This document shows, piece after piece, positions 35,279-43,098 of a DNA stretch of 48,970 bases. The notes below the pieces were generated by a model, which saw only the letters and a program-made list of their open reading frames with translations, was not told the origin of the DNA and made no database searches. The stretch lies in assembly GCA_005889225.1 (NCBI GenBank), contig VBEW01000077.1, positions 1-48,970 on the forward strand, given 5' to 3'. The DNA comes from Chloroflexota bacterium. Its GTDB lineage: Bacteria > Chloroflexota > Dormibacteria > CF-121. The translations under genes were made by a program, and so were the position numbers. Within the stretch, counting starts at the first letter, position 1. Each line of letters begins with the position of its first letter.

Positions 35279-37006
35279 ATGCGGCCGGTTTTGAAGAAGG
35301 AACGCCGGAACTGGATCCTCCCCGAGCCGCTGCGGGCTCAACCAGGACTCGAGGCCTTCTCATCGGTTTTCCGTCAGATCCTCCATGGGCGGGGCGTCAC
35401 CCGGCAGAGCCAGCTGGATCCGTGGCTGCAAACGGACCTCGAGCGAGCACCTGATCCTTTCTTACTGAAGGACATGGCGGTCGCGTGCGACCTGATTGCC
35501 GACGCCGTCCATCGGGGCGAGCGGATCGCGGTCTACGGCGATTACGACGCCGACGGGGTTACCGCTTGCGTCACCCTCGCGCGGGGCCTGCGATCGATTG
35601 GCGCCGAGGTCATCACTTACATTCCCAATCGGTTCACCGAAGGCTATGGCCTGAATGCCGAGGCACTCAAGGACCTGCACGCGCGGGGCGCTCGCCTTGT
35701 GATCACCTGCGATTGCGGGACCAACTCCGTCGACGTCGCTCGCGGCCGGCCCCCTGGCATGCGCGTGATCGTTACCGATCACCACGAGGTGGGCAGGGAG
35801 CGACCACCGGTGGATGCGCTCATCAATCCCAAACAACCGGATTGTCCCTATCCCTTCGATGGCCTGGCGGCCTGCGGTGTCGCCTACAAATTGTTGGTCG
35901 CGTTGGAGCGGCGGGCGTTTCCCGGTCGGCTCGACCCCACGCTGTCGCTGGACGCGGTCGCCCTCGGCACCGTCGCCGACGTGGTCCCGCTGCACGGCGA
36001 GAACCGGGCCATCGTCCGGGCCGGATTGCGGCGCTTGAATCAGGCGCCGGGCGCAGGCTGCGCGGCTCTGCTGGCAGTCGCCGGCATCAGCGGTCCCATA
36101 ACCGCCGAGCATCTCGCGTTTCAACTCGGGCCACGCATTAATGCCGCCGGCAGGATGGAAGATGCGATGCTCGCGCTCGAGTTGTTGATGAGCGATAACC
36201 GCGAGTCTGCCGATCCGCTGGCGCAGCGGCTGCAGGATCAGAATTCGCAGCGTCAACAGCTCACCGCCGAGATTGTTCGTGAGGCGAAGCTCCAGGTGGT
36301 GGAGCTCGACAACGCCGCCGCGGTCATTGTGATGGGTGCGACCGGCTGGCCGCTGGGCGTGCTGGGTCTGGCGGCGAGCCGGCTGGTGGAGGAGTTCTAC
36401 CGACCGACGTTTGTCTTCAACACCGACGGCGACGAATGGCGCGGGTCGGCGCGCAGTATCGAGGGCTTCCACCTCGTCGATTGCCTTCGCGACTGTGCTC
36501 CGTTGCTCGATCGGTTCGGCGGGCATGCCATGGCCGCCGGGCTCACCGTGCTGTCCAGCCGGTTCGCGGAGCTGAAGCAGCGTCTGGAGGCGTACGCGGC
36601 GGCCCGGCTGAATGGCGATGCCTTCTCGCGCCCCATACGGATCGAGGCGTCCGCGGCTTTCGCCGACCTGAAACCGAGCCTCCACCACGAGATCCAGATG
36701 CTGGCGCCCTTTGGCGTCGGCAATCGTGAGCCCTTGCTGCTCAGCCGTGAGGCCGAGATCGTCCGGACCGAGACGTTTGGCGCGGATCGACGTCACTTGC
36801 GTCTACACCTGCGTGACCGGACCGCTTCCGCGGAGGCGATTGCCTTCGACAAAGCGGCGGCCGCCCCTCACCTTCCTGCTGGCCGCCGCCTCGACGTCGT
36901 CTACGCCCTCCAGTTTGAGCGGTGGGACGGGCTCGACCGTCTCCGCCTGCATCTGCGCGATCTCCGTCCAGCCGCCCAAACAGCCCTAGTTCTCGCCAGC
37001 GTCTAA
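35279..37006 (+). CDS. recJ: single-stranded-DNA-specific exonuclease RecJ
   Basis: DHH motifs VYGDYDADGVTA, ITCDCG and VTDHH, plus DHHA1 GGHAMAAG. The start may instead be the GTG at 35237. Confidence 0.88.
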   Translation: MRPVLKKERRNWILPEPLRAQPGLEAFSSVFRQILHGRGVTRQSQLDPWLQTDLERAPDPFLLKDMAVACDLIADAVHRGERIAVYGDYDADGVTACVTLARGLRSIGAEVITYIPNRFTEGYGLNAEALKDLHARGARLVITCDCGTNSVDVARGRPPGMRVIVTDHHEVGRERPPVDALINPKQPDCPYPFDGLAACGVAYKLLVALERRAFPGRLDPTLSLDAVALGTVADVVPLHGENRAIVRAGLRRLNQAPGAGCAALLAVAGISGPITAEHLAFQLGPRINAAGRMEDAMLALELLMSDNRESADPLAQRLQDQNSQRQQLTAEIVREAKLQVVELDNAAAVIVMGATGWPLGVLGLAASRLVEEFYRPTFVFNTDGDEWRGSARSIEGFHLVDCLRDCAPLLDRFGGHAMAAGLTVLSSRFAELKQRLEAYAAARLNGDAFSRPIRIEASAAFADLKPSLHHEIQMLAPFGVGNREPLLLSREAEIVRTETFGADRRHLRLHLRDRTASAEAIAFDKAAAAPHLPAGRRLDVVYALQFERWDGLDRLRLHLRDLRPAAQTALVLASV

Positions 37007-37120
37007 CGGCGACCTGCGTACCGAACGCCTTTACGACACCGCTGGCCCTGTGCTACGGTAGCCGTCAAGCAGGTGCTTTGGGGAAGAGGCACCTTGTTTA
37101 GCAAGCGATAGCGAGGCAAG

Positions 37121-38527
37121 ATGCTGGACGAGGTTCGCACTCCCAGGCTGGTCATCGCGGGGACCGCAAGCAACGTCGGAAAGACGATCCTGACTGCCGG
37201 ATTGATCGCCGCTTTCAAGGCTCGCGGCCTGACGGTGCAGTCGTTCAAGGTTGGTCCGGACTACATCGATCCTGCCTACCTGGCCCACGTCAGTGGCCGG
37301 CCGTGCCGCAATCTCGACTCCTGGATGCTGGGCGAGGGCGCGCTCCGCCAGATACTCGCCCAGGGTGCGCTGGGCGCCGATCTCGCACTGATCGAAGGCA
37401 TGCTCGGCCTGTTCGACGGCCGCGGCGGGAGTCCCGACGGCAGCACGGCCGATGTGGCGCGCATCGTCAAGGCGCCGGTTGTGCTGGTCGTCGATGTCGC
37501 CGACATGGCACAGAGCGCCGCCGCGGTCGCACTCGGCTTTAAGAGTTACGGCGAGTCGCCGAGGATTGCGGGGGTCTTGCTCAACAACGTCAGGTCGGAT
37601 GCGCACCGCCGCAGCGTCGAAGACGCGGTCTGGGATATCGCCAAGTTGCCCGTCCTCGGCGCGCTGCCGAAGATGGCGGAGCTCGACATTCCGCAACGCC
37701 AGCGCGGGCTTCTGCCGGTGACGGAGAACAAGGAGTGGGACCGGATGATCGGGCTGCTCTCCGAAACCATCGATCGCGCTGTCGATCTGGACCTGCTGCT
37801 GAGGATCGCCAACAAGGCTGAGCTGGTGCCGCTGGTGCCGAAAAAAATCTTTCAGGGCAAACCGGCCGGCGGGCCGACGGTGCGGCTGGCGGTCGCCTAC
37901 GATGACGCGTTCAACTTCTATTACCCGGAAAACCTCGAGCTGCTCGAAGAGCACGGCGCCCAGGTGGTTCCCTTCAGCCCGCTGGAAGACACGCACCTCC
38001 CGCAGGATGCCGCCGGCGTCTACCTCGGTGGAGGATTTCCCGAGAGCTTCGTCGAGCCGCTCGCCCGCAACCGCGCGATGGCCGAATCGATTGAGCGCGC
38101 CTACCGCAGCGGGGTGCCGATCTATGCGGAATGTGGCGGGCTGATGTACCTGGGCCGCTCACTGCGCACATCCGGCGGCGCGCTTCAGATGGTCGGTGTG
38201 ATCCCGGTTGATGTCGAGATGGACGGCGAAATCCACCGCTTTGGCTATCGACAACTCCTGACGTTGGAGGACAGCATTCTCTCGCCCCGCGGCCAGTTCT
38301 ACCGCGGACACGAGTTTCACTGGAGCCGGATCACCGGCCACAACGGCGGGCTCAAGTCCGCCTACCAGATGCTAAACGCCGAGGGCGAGGTGATCGGCTA
38401 CGAAGGCTTCGTCGCGCCGAACCTCCTGGCCAGCTACGTCCATCTCCATTTCGGCCAGAATCCCTTGCTGGTCGACAAGTTCGTCCAGCATTGCCGGGAG
38501 TACGCCACGGTTCGGACGCCCCGGTAG
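37121..38527 (+). CDS. cbiA: cobyrinate (or related tetrapyrrole) a,c-diamide synthase, CbiA/CobB family
   Basis: N-terminal P-loop IAGTASNVGKT, FKVGPDYIDP and the C-terminal GATase YAECGGLMYL. 468 aa. Confidence 0.85.
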   Translation: MLDEVRTPRLVIAGTASNVGKTILTAGLIAAFKARGLTVQSFKVGPDYIDPAYLAHVSGRPCRNLDSWMLGEGALRQILAQGALGADLALIEGMLGLFDGRGGSPDGSTADVARIVKAPVVLVVDVADMAQSAAAVALGFKSYGESPRIAGVLLNNVRSDAHRRSVEDAVWDIAKLPVLGALPKMAELDIPQRQRGLLPVTENKEWDRMIGLLSETIDRAVDLDLLLRIANKAELVPLVPKKIFQGKPAGGPTVRLAVAYDDAFNFYYPENLELLEEHGAQVVPFSPLEDTHLPQDAAGVYLGGGFPESFVEPLARNRAMAESIERAYRSGVPIYAECGGLMYLGRSLRTSGGALQMVGVIPVDVEMDGEIHRFGYRQLLTLEDSILSPRGQFYRGHEFHWSRITGHNGGLKSAYQMLNAEGEVIGYEGFVAPNLLASYVHLHFGQNPLLVDKFVQHCREYATVRTPR

Positions 38528-38591
38528 GGCGGCGACGATAACCCGGGCCGTTTCGGCCAGCGGCGTTTCGGGCATCTATCCGTATTGAAGA

Positions 38592-39626
38592 ATGGCCACC
38601 CCTGAATACAAGGACTACTACCAGATCCTGGGCGTTTCCCGGACCGCCAGCGAGAAGGAGATCAAATCAGCCTATCGCCGCCTGGCCCGGCTGTACCACC
38701 CGGACGTCAACAAGGACCCGAAGGCCACCGACCGCTTCAAGCTGATCAACGAGGCCTACGAAGTGTTGAGTGACCCGAAAAAGCGGTCGAAATACGACCA
38801 GCTTGGCTCCGATTGGGAGCGCATTGCGCGGGAGCAGGAGTTCGCCCGCCAGTATCAGTCGCAGGCAGGCCGAGGAACCGGCGCCGCCGGATTCGGCGAC
38901 TTCAGCGACTTCTTCAACACGTTCTTCGCCGGCGAGGCCGGCGGCTTTTCCGGCTTCGATTTCGAAGGGCCACGGGGACGGACCGTCACCCGCGAACGCG
39001 GTGAGGACATCGAACACCCGATCGAGATCACGCTCGAGGAGGCGGCCCGCGGCGGCGAGCGAACCATCCAAACCGAAGTTCCCGAAACGTGTCCGACCTG
39101 TGGCGGGTCAGGCTTCACCGGCGAACGTCGCACGGTCGGCAATCGGACGGTGATGGAAAGTGTCACCTGTCCGACCTGTGGCGGTGCGGGCGTTCGGGCA
39201 ACCCGGCGCCAGATCCTGGTCAAGATTCCGGCGGGCGTGATCGAGGGTTCTCGCATCCGAGTCAAGGGCGAGGGCCAGCGTGCCGCCCAGCACGGTGACC
39301 TCTACCTGCGAGTCCAGCTGCAGCCGCATTCGCGCTTCGCGGCCAAGGGACGCGACCTGTACACTCCGCTGCCGGTGCTCGACGACCAGGCCGCGCTCGG
39401 CGACGAGGTCACCATCCAGTCCTTGACCGGCGCCCAGCTCCAGCTGCGCATACCAGCCGGGAGCCAGGCGGGTAAAGTGTTCCGACTCAAGGGCAAGGGA
39501 TTGCCCGCGCTCAAGGATGGCGTGGCGGGCGACCTGTACGCCACGCTCGAGATTCGCCTGCCGGAACCCATCACCCCGGATCTGCGCGAGCTCTACCAGG
39601 GAATCCGCAAAGCGCGGAGCAGCTGA
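38592..39626 (+). CDS. DnaJ-class molecular chaperone (J domain, G/F region, reduced zinc-finger, C-terminal substrate domains)
   Basis: [35 protein letters not shown] (HPD), a G/F-rich stretch, and two CPTCGG(S/A)G motifs only. Confidence 0.85.
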   Translation: MATPEYKDYYQILGVSRTASEKEIKSAYRRLARLYHPDVNKDPKATDRFKLINEAYEVLSDPKKRSKYDQLGSDWERIAREQEFARQYQSQAGRGTGAAGFGDFSDFFNTFFAGEAGGFSGFDFEGPRGRTVTRERGEDIEHPIEITLEEAARGGERTIQTEVPETCPTCGGSGFTGERRTVGNRTVMESVTCPTCGGAGVRATRRQILVKIPAGVIEGSRIRVKGEGQRAAQHGDLYLRVQLQPHSRFAAKGRDLYTPLPVLDDQAALGDEVTIQSLTGAQLQLRIPAGSQAGKVFRLKGKGLPALKDGVAGDLYATLEIRLPEPITPDLRELYQGIRKARSS

Positions 39627-39630
39627 CCGA

Positions 39631-39846
39631 TCAGCGGCGGAAAAAGAGGTTGAGCAGCAGGGTCAGCACCAGGCTCAACAGCAGACCGGTGACGATCGGA
39701 AAATAGAAATGGACGTTGCCGCGATCGACCGTGATGTCCCCGGGCAGCCGGCCGAGAAATGGGATTCGCACACCGAAGAAGAGCACGAGGCCGACCACCA
39801 CGATGAAGCCACCGACGATGATGAGCAGCTTGCCGATTTCGGGCAT
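39631..39846 (-). CDS. DUF2905 family small membrane protein
   Basis: A 71-aa protein, IGKLLIIVGGFIVVVGLVLFF...LGRLPGDI...FYFPI..., characteristic of DUF2905. Confidence 0.7.
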   Translation of the reverse strand: MPEIGKLLIIVGGFIVVVGLVLFFGVRIPFLGRLPGDITVDRGNVHFYFPIVTGLLLSLVLTLLLNLFFRR

Positions 39847-39860
39847 ACGGTGATGTTACG

Positions 39861-39907
39861 TCTCAAACGCTCGTATGGCACCTACCTCTCAAACGCTCGC
39901 ATGGCAC
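39861..39907. repeat. two copies of a 21-nt direct repeat (1 mismatch), 26-nt period, intergenic
   Basis: TCTCAAACGCTCGTATGGCAC (39861-39881) and TCTCAAACGCTCGCATGGCAC (39887-39907), read directly from the sequence. Confidence 0.85.
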
Positions 39908-39961
39908 TGAAGCGCTGCTCGCGTGGGGCGAGGCCCCCCGGCGCCACGCGCAATTAGCGGA

Positions 39962-40204
39962 CTAGAACCCGATCCAGCCGATCGCTTGCTCGATCTTCGC
40001 CTGTTGCAGGCCCGCGATCGGTACGCCGTCGATCACGGTGAGGGGAACGTCCTTGACGTCGATATCGAGGTTGCGCAGATCTTTGCCGTCGAGCTTGCCA
40101 TCAGCGCAGATGTGTTCCTTGAACTCGACGCCCCGGTTCTCCAGAATCTCCTTGATCCGCCGGCTGCTTTCGCAGTCGGGCCGCGTGTACACGATAACTT
40201 CCAT
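39962..40204 (-). CDS. glutaredoxin-like (thioredoxin-fold) small protein with CxxS motif
   Basis: An 80-aa protein. VIVYTRPDCESSRRIKEILENRGVEFKE resembles the glutaredoxin/NrdH beta-alpha-beta start, and VPLTVIDG matches the cis-Pro region. GGAGG lies 12 nt upstream. Confidence 0.6.
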   Translation of the reverse strand: MEVIVYTRPDCESSRRIKEILENRGVEFKEHICADGKLDGKDLRNLDIDVKDVPLTVIDGVPIAGLQQAKIEQAIGWIGF

Positions 40205-40373
40205 GTCGCCTTATGCCTCCGATGTGTTCCCGCTCGCCCCGGGGTGACACATGACTTGATAGCGCGCCTGTCAAACGCTACATCAACACTATCAAGCGAG
40301 GTGGTATTTGTCCAATTCTTTTCTCCGATGCGTTCGATAGACGACGTTGATATCATCACGCTCTATTTTCGGT

Positions 40374-40402
40374 TTGACAGCCGCCGCTGCCGCCCGTAGA
40401 CT
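40374..40402 (+). promoter_or_regulatory. sigma-70-type promoter of the pyr operon (TTGACA-N17-TAGACT)
   Basis: A perfect -35 TTGACA at 40374-40379, a 17-nt spacer, and -10 TAGACT at 40397-40402. It lies ~50 nt upstream of the pyrB ATG in a locally AT-richer intergenic region. Confidence 0.5.
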
Positions 40403-40416
40403 TACCGGGACCTTCG

Positions 40417-40448
40417 TCCTTTAACCCGGCCCAGTGAGGCCCAAAGGA
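40417..40448 (+). promoter_or_regulatory. PyrR-binding-loop-like hairpin overlapping the pyrB Shine-Dalgarno
   Basis: UCCUUUAACCCGGCCCAGUGAGGCCCAAAGGA. The lower stem is UCCUUU/AAAGGA and the upper stem is GGCC/GGCC. CCCAGUGAGGC resembles the PyrR consensus (U/C)CCAGAGAGGC. The 3' arm is the SD AAAGGAG, and pyrR is encoded in the operon. Confidence 0.55.
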
Positions 40449-40454
40449 GAATCG

Positions 40455-41405
40455 ATGACCGACACCCTGACCGCTCCGCCCGCGCGGACGCAGGTCGCCC
40501 CCCGACATCTGACCGGCCCACAGGACCTCGATCATCCCCTGATCGCGCGGTTGCTCGAACGGGCGGCTATTTTCGAAAGCGGCAGCGGCGACCCGGATCG
40601 GCTCCGGCGACGGCTGCTGGCCACCATCTTCTATGAGCCAAGCACCCGGACGCGCCTCTCATTCGAGGCGGCGATGCTCCGGCTCGGCGGACAGGTCCTC
40701 GGTGCCGAAAGCGCCGGGACGACGTCGTCGGCGGTCAAGGGTGAGTCGCTCGAGGACGCGATTCGGGTGATCAGTGGCTACGCCGACGCCATCGTGCTCC
40801 GTCATCCTGAAGTGGGAGCCGCCCAACGGGCCGCTCACGTCGCCGACGTCCCCGTCATCAGCGCCGGCGATGGCCCCGGCCAGCACCCGACCCAGGCGTT
40901 GCTCGATCTGTACACCATCAGGAAAGAGCTGGGCCGCCTCGACCATTTGCGCGTCGGGCTTGCCGGCGATCTCCGCAACGGCCGTACGGCTCGCTCGCTG
41001 GCCGACCTTCTTTCGCGATTCGCCGGGAACGAGCTGGTGCTGATCGCCCCACCCGGCCTGCGCATGGGCGAGGACGTCTTGCGCTCGGTGGGGCCGCAGT
41101 TGCGGGTAACGGAGACAACGGACCTGGCCGAGGCGGCGCCCACGCTCGACGTGCTGTATCAGACCCGCATTCAGGCCGAGCGCTTCGAGTCGGCAGCGGA
41201 GTACGAACGGTATCGCGGCGTCTACGTGGTGGGTCCTGAGCTGATGCGCCGCCTGCCCGGACACGCCATCCTGATGCACCCGCTCCCACGTGCCGGCGAA
41301 ATCGATCCGCAGGTCGACGCAGATCCCAGGGCCGCCTATTTCCGGCAGGCCCGCAACGGGCTCTGGGTTCGGATGGCGGTCCTCGAGTGGGCGATGGCAG
41401 GTTGA
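40455..41405 (+). CDS. pyrB: aspartate carbamoyltransferase catalytic subunit
   Basis: Motifs EPSTRTR, HPTQ and HPLPR. The ATG at 40455 lies 6 nt after AAAGGAGA. Confidence 0.92.
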   Translation: MTDTLTAPPARTQVAPRHLTGPQDLDHPLIARLLERAAIFESGSGDPDRLRRRLLATIFYEPSTRTRLSFEAAMLRLGGQVLGAESAGTTSSAVKGESLEDAIRVISGYADAIVLRHPEVGAAQRAAHVADVPVISAGDGPGQHPTQALLDLYTIRKELGRLDHLRVGLAGDLRNGRTARSLADLLSRFAGNELVLIAPPGLRMGEDVLRSVGPQLRVTETTDLAEAAPTLDVLYQTRIQAERFESAAEYERYRGVYVVGPELMRRLPGHAILMHPLPRAGEIDPQVDADPRAAYFRQARNGLWVRMAVLEWAMAG

Positions 41406-41956
41406 TGTTGCACAGCCCACCGGTCAAGGCGGTGATTCTTGATGCGCAGGGCCTGCGCCGCGCCTGGCGACGGATCGCCCACGAAGTCATCGAGCGGCAG
41501 GCGGATCTCGCGCACTTGAGCTTGCTGGGGATCGTCACGCGCGGGGTGCCGTTGGCCGAGCGGCTGGCCGCCACCCTCTTCGAACTCGAAGGCGTGCGTC
41601 CGCCCGTGCTCCCTCTCGATGTCCGGGCCTATCGCGACGATCTGCCACGGGCAGCGGCCGCCCCCCTCCCGGTGCTGCCGGCGACGGCTGTCGACGGCCG
41701 GCCGGTCCTCCTGGTCGACGACGTGCTGTTCAATGGGCGGACCGTTCGGGCGGCGATCGACGCCGTCATCGCGGCGGGTCGTCCAACGCAGATCCAGCTG
41801 GCGGTTCTGGTCGATCGTGGTCACCGCGAGCTGCCCATCCGACCGGACTACATCGGCAAGAACGTACCCACCTCGCGACAGGAATGGGTGGAGGTGCACC
41901 TGCGTGAACGGGATGGCGAGGATGCCGTCCGCATCCTCGAACGACCGGAGCGCTGA
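41405..41956 (+). CDS. pyrR: bifunctional pyr operon regulator / uracil phosphoribosyltransferase PyrR
   Basis: [22 protein letters not shown], the PRPP motif [20 protein letters not shown] and [17 protein letters not shown] overlap with pyrB. Confidence 0.9.
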   Translation: MLHSPPVKAVILDAQGLRRAWRRIAHEVIERQADLAHLSLLGIVTRGVPLAERLAATLFELEGVRPPVLPLDVRAYRDDLPRAAAAPLPVLPATAVDGRPVLLVDDVLFNGRTVRAAIDAVIAAGRPTQIQLAVLVDRGHRELPIRPDYIGKNVPTSRQEWVEVHLRERDGEDAVRILERPER

Positions 41957-43098
41957 TGCAGCTCCAGAACGTGCGGGTGCTTGGGCCGGCCGGACTCTCG
42001 CCGCCGACAAGCGTCGCGATCAACGCGGCCGGCGCGGCGGATCGCGATGCCAGCGGGCTCATCCTTTCGCCGGGCTGGCTGGATCTGCACGCGCATCTTC
42101 GCGATCCTGGCTTTCTGCACAAGGAGACGCTGCAGACAGGCGCCACAAGCGCCGCCTTTGGGGGATTCACGCACATCGTGGCGATGGCGAACACCGATCC
42201 GGTCATCGACCGGCCCGAGCTGCTGCGCGAGCTGGTGGCCCGGGCGGCGGCCCTTCCGATCGGTGTGAGCTTCGTGGCCGCCGTCACGATGGGGCTCGAG
42301 GGTCGATCGCTCACGGACGCCGCAGCGCTGCGGCGGGCGGGCGCGGTCGCACTCTCCGACGACGGTCGCCACCTGATGGACCAGGCCACGCTGCGCCGCG
42401 CGCTGACCGCGGCGGCCGAAGCTGGGCTGCCGGTGCTCATCCACGCGCAGATTGAGCGGCTTGGTAAGGGTCCCGAATCGGAAGCGGCCGCGGTGACCCA
42501 GGCCCTGGAGGCGGTGGAGTCGGTCCCCGGTGCGCGCCTCCACATCCAGCACGTCAGCACTCATGCCGCCGTCGAGCTGATCCGGACTGCCAAGCGGCAC
42601 CGGCTATTGGTGACGGCCGAGGCGACGCCGCACCACCTCGCGTTGACGGCGCAGGACGTGACGGCCCTGGGTCCGCACGGAGCCGTGAATCCACCGCTGC
42701 GATCTGTCGACGATCGCGACGCCCTCCGGCTGGCGCTGGCCGAAGGTGTGATCGATGCGATCGCGACCGATCATGCTCCGCACGACGTTGGCGCCAAGGC
42801 CGCCGGCGCGAACGGCTTCCATGGCTTCGAGACCGCCCTGCCGGTGGTGATGGGATTGGGACTGGACGAACGCGTCCTCTATCGAGCCTGTGTCGAGCGA
42901 CCGCGCGAGATCATCGGACAGTCAATCGACGACGAGTGGATCCTGATCGACCCCGCCGCAGAGTGGATCGTGGACGGCTCCTCGTTCAAGAGTCGGGGAA
43001 AGAACACACCGTTTGCCGGGCGGCGATTACGCGGACGCATCGTGATGACCCTGTGCCACGGCCAGGTCGTGATGGAACGGGTGATGCAGCATGCCTGA
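41956..43098 (+). CDS. pyrC: dihydroorotase (type I)
   Basis: [10 protein letters not shown] (HxH), ALSDDG, HIQHVST and ATDHAPH. 380 aa. TGATG overlap with pyrR. Confidence 0.9.
   Translation: MQLQNVRVLGPAGLSPPTSVAINAAGAADRDASGLILSPGWLDLHAHLRDPGFLHKETLQTGATSAAFGGFTHIVAMANTDPVIDRPELLRELVARAAALPIGVSFVAAVTMGLEGRSLTDAAALRRAGAVALSDDGRHLMDQATLRRALTAAAEAGLPVLIHAQIERLGKGPESEAAAVTQALEAVESVPGARLHIQHVSTHAAVELIRTAKRHRLLVTAEATPHHLALTAQDVTALGPHGAVNPPLRSVDDRDALRLALAEGVIDAIATDHAPHDVGAKAAGANGFHGFETALPVVMGLGLDERVLYRACVERPREIIGQSIDDEWILIDPAAEWIVDGSSFKSRGKNTPFAGRRLRGRIVMTLCHGQVVMERVMQHA

Noticed and set aside
35462-36796. 444-aa minus-strand ORF antisense to recJ
   Set aside because: It is a shadow ORF. recJ DHH/DHHA1 motifs are on the plus strand, and the antisense product has no recognisable features.
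37071-37100. Hairpin AGGTGC-N12-GCACCT followed by TGTTTA after recJ, as a possible intrinsic terminator
   Set aside because: The stem is only 6 bp, the loop is large at 12 nt and the T-tract is weak. This is not convincing enough to call. Similar weak hairpins at 16783-16804 and 38548-38560 were rejected for the same reason.
37007-37120. Possible cobalamin riboswitch upstream of the cbiA-like gene
   Set aside because: The spacer is only 114 nt, and I could not find the conserved B12-box or GCCACUG-type strings. It is too short for the ~200-nt element.
39861-39907. Direct repeats as a possible minimal CRISPR array
   Set aside because: There are only two copies, a 5-nt spacer between them, no cas genes and no further repeats. 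They are retained as a regulatory-repeat observation instead.
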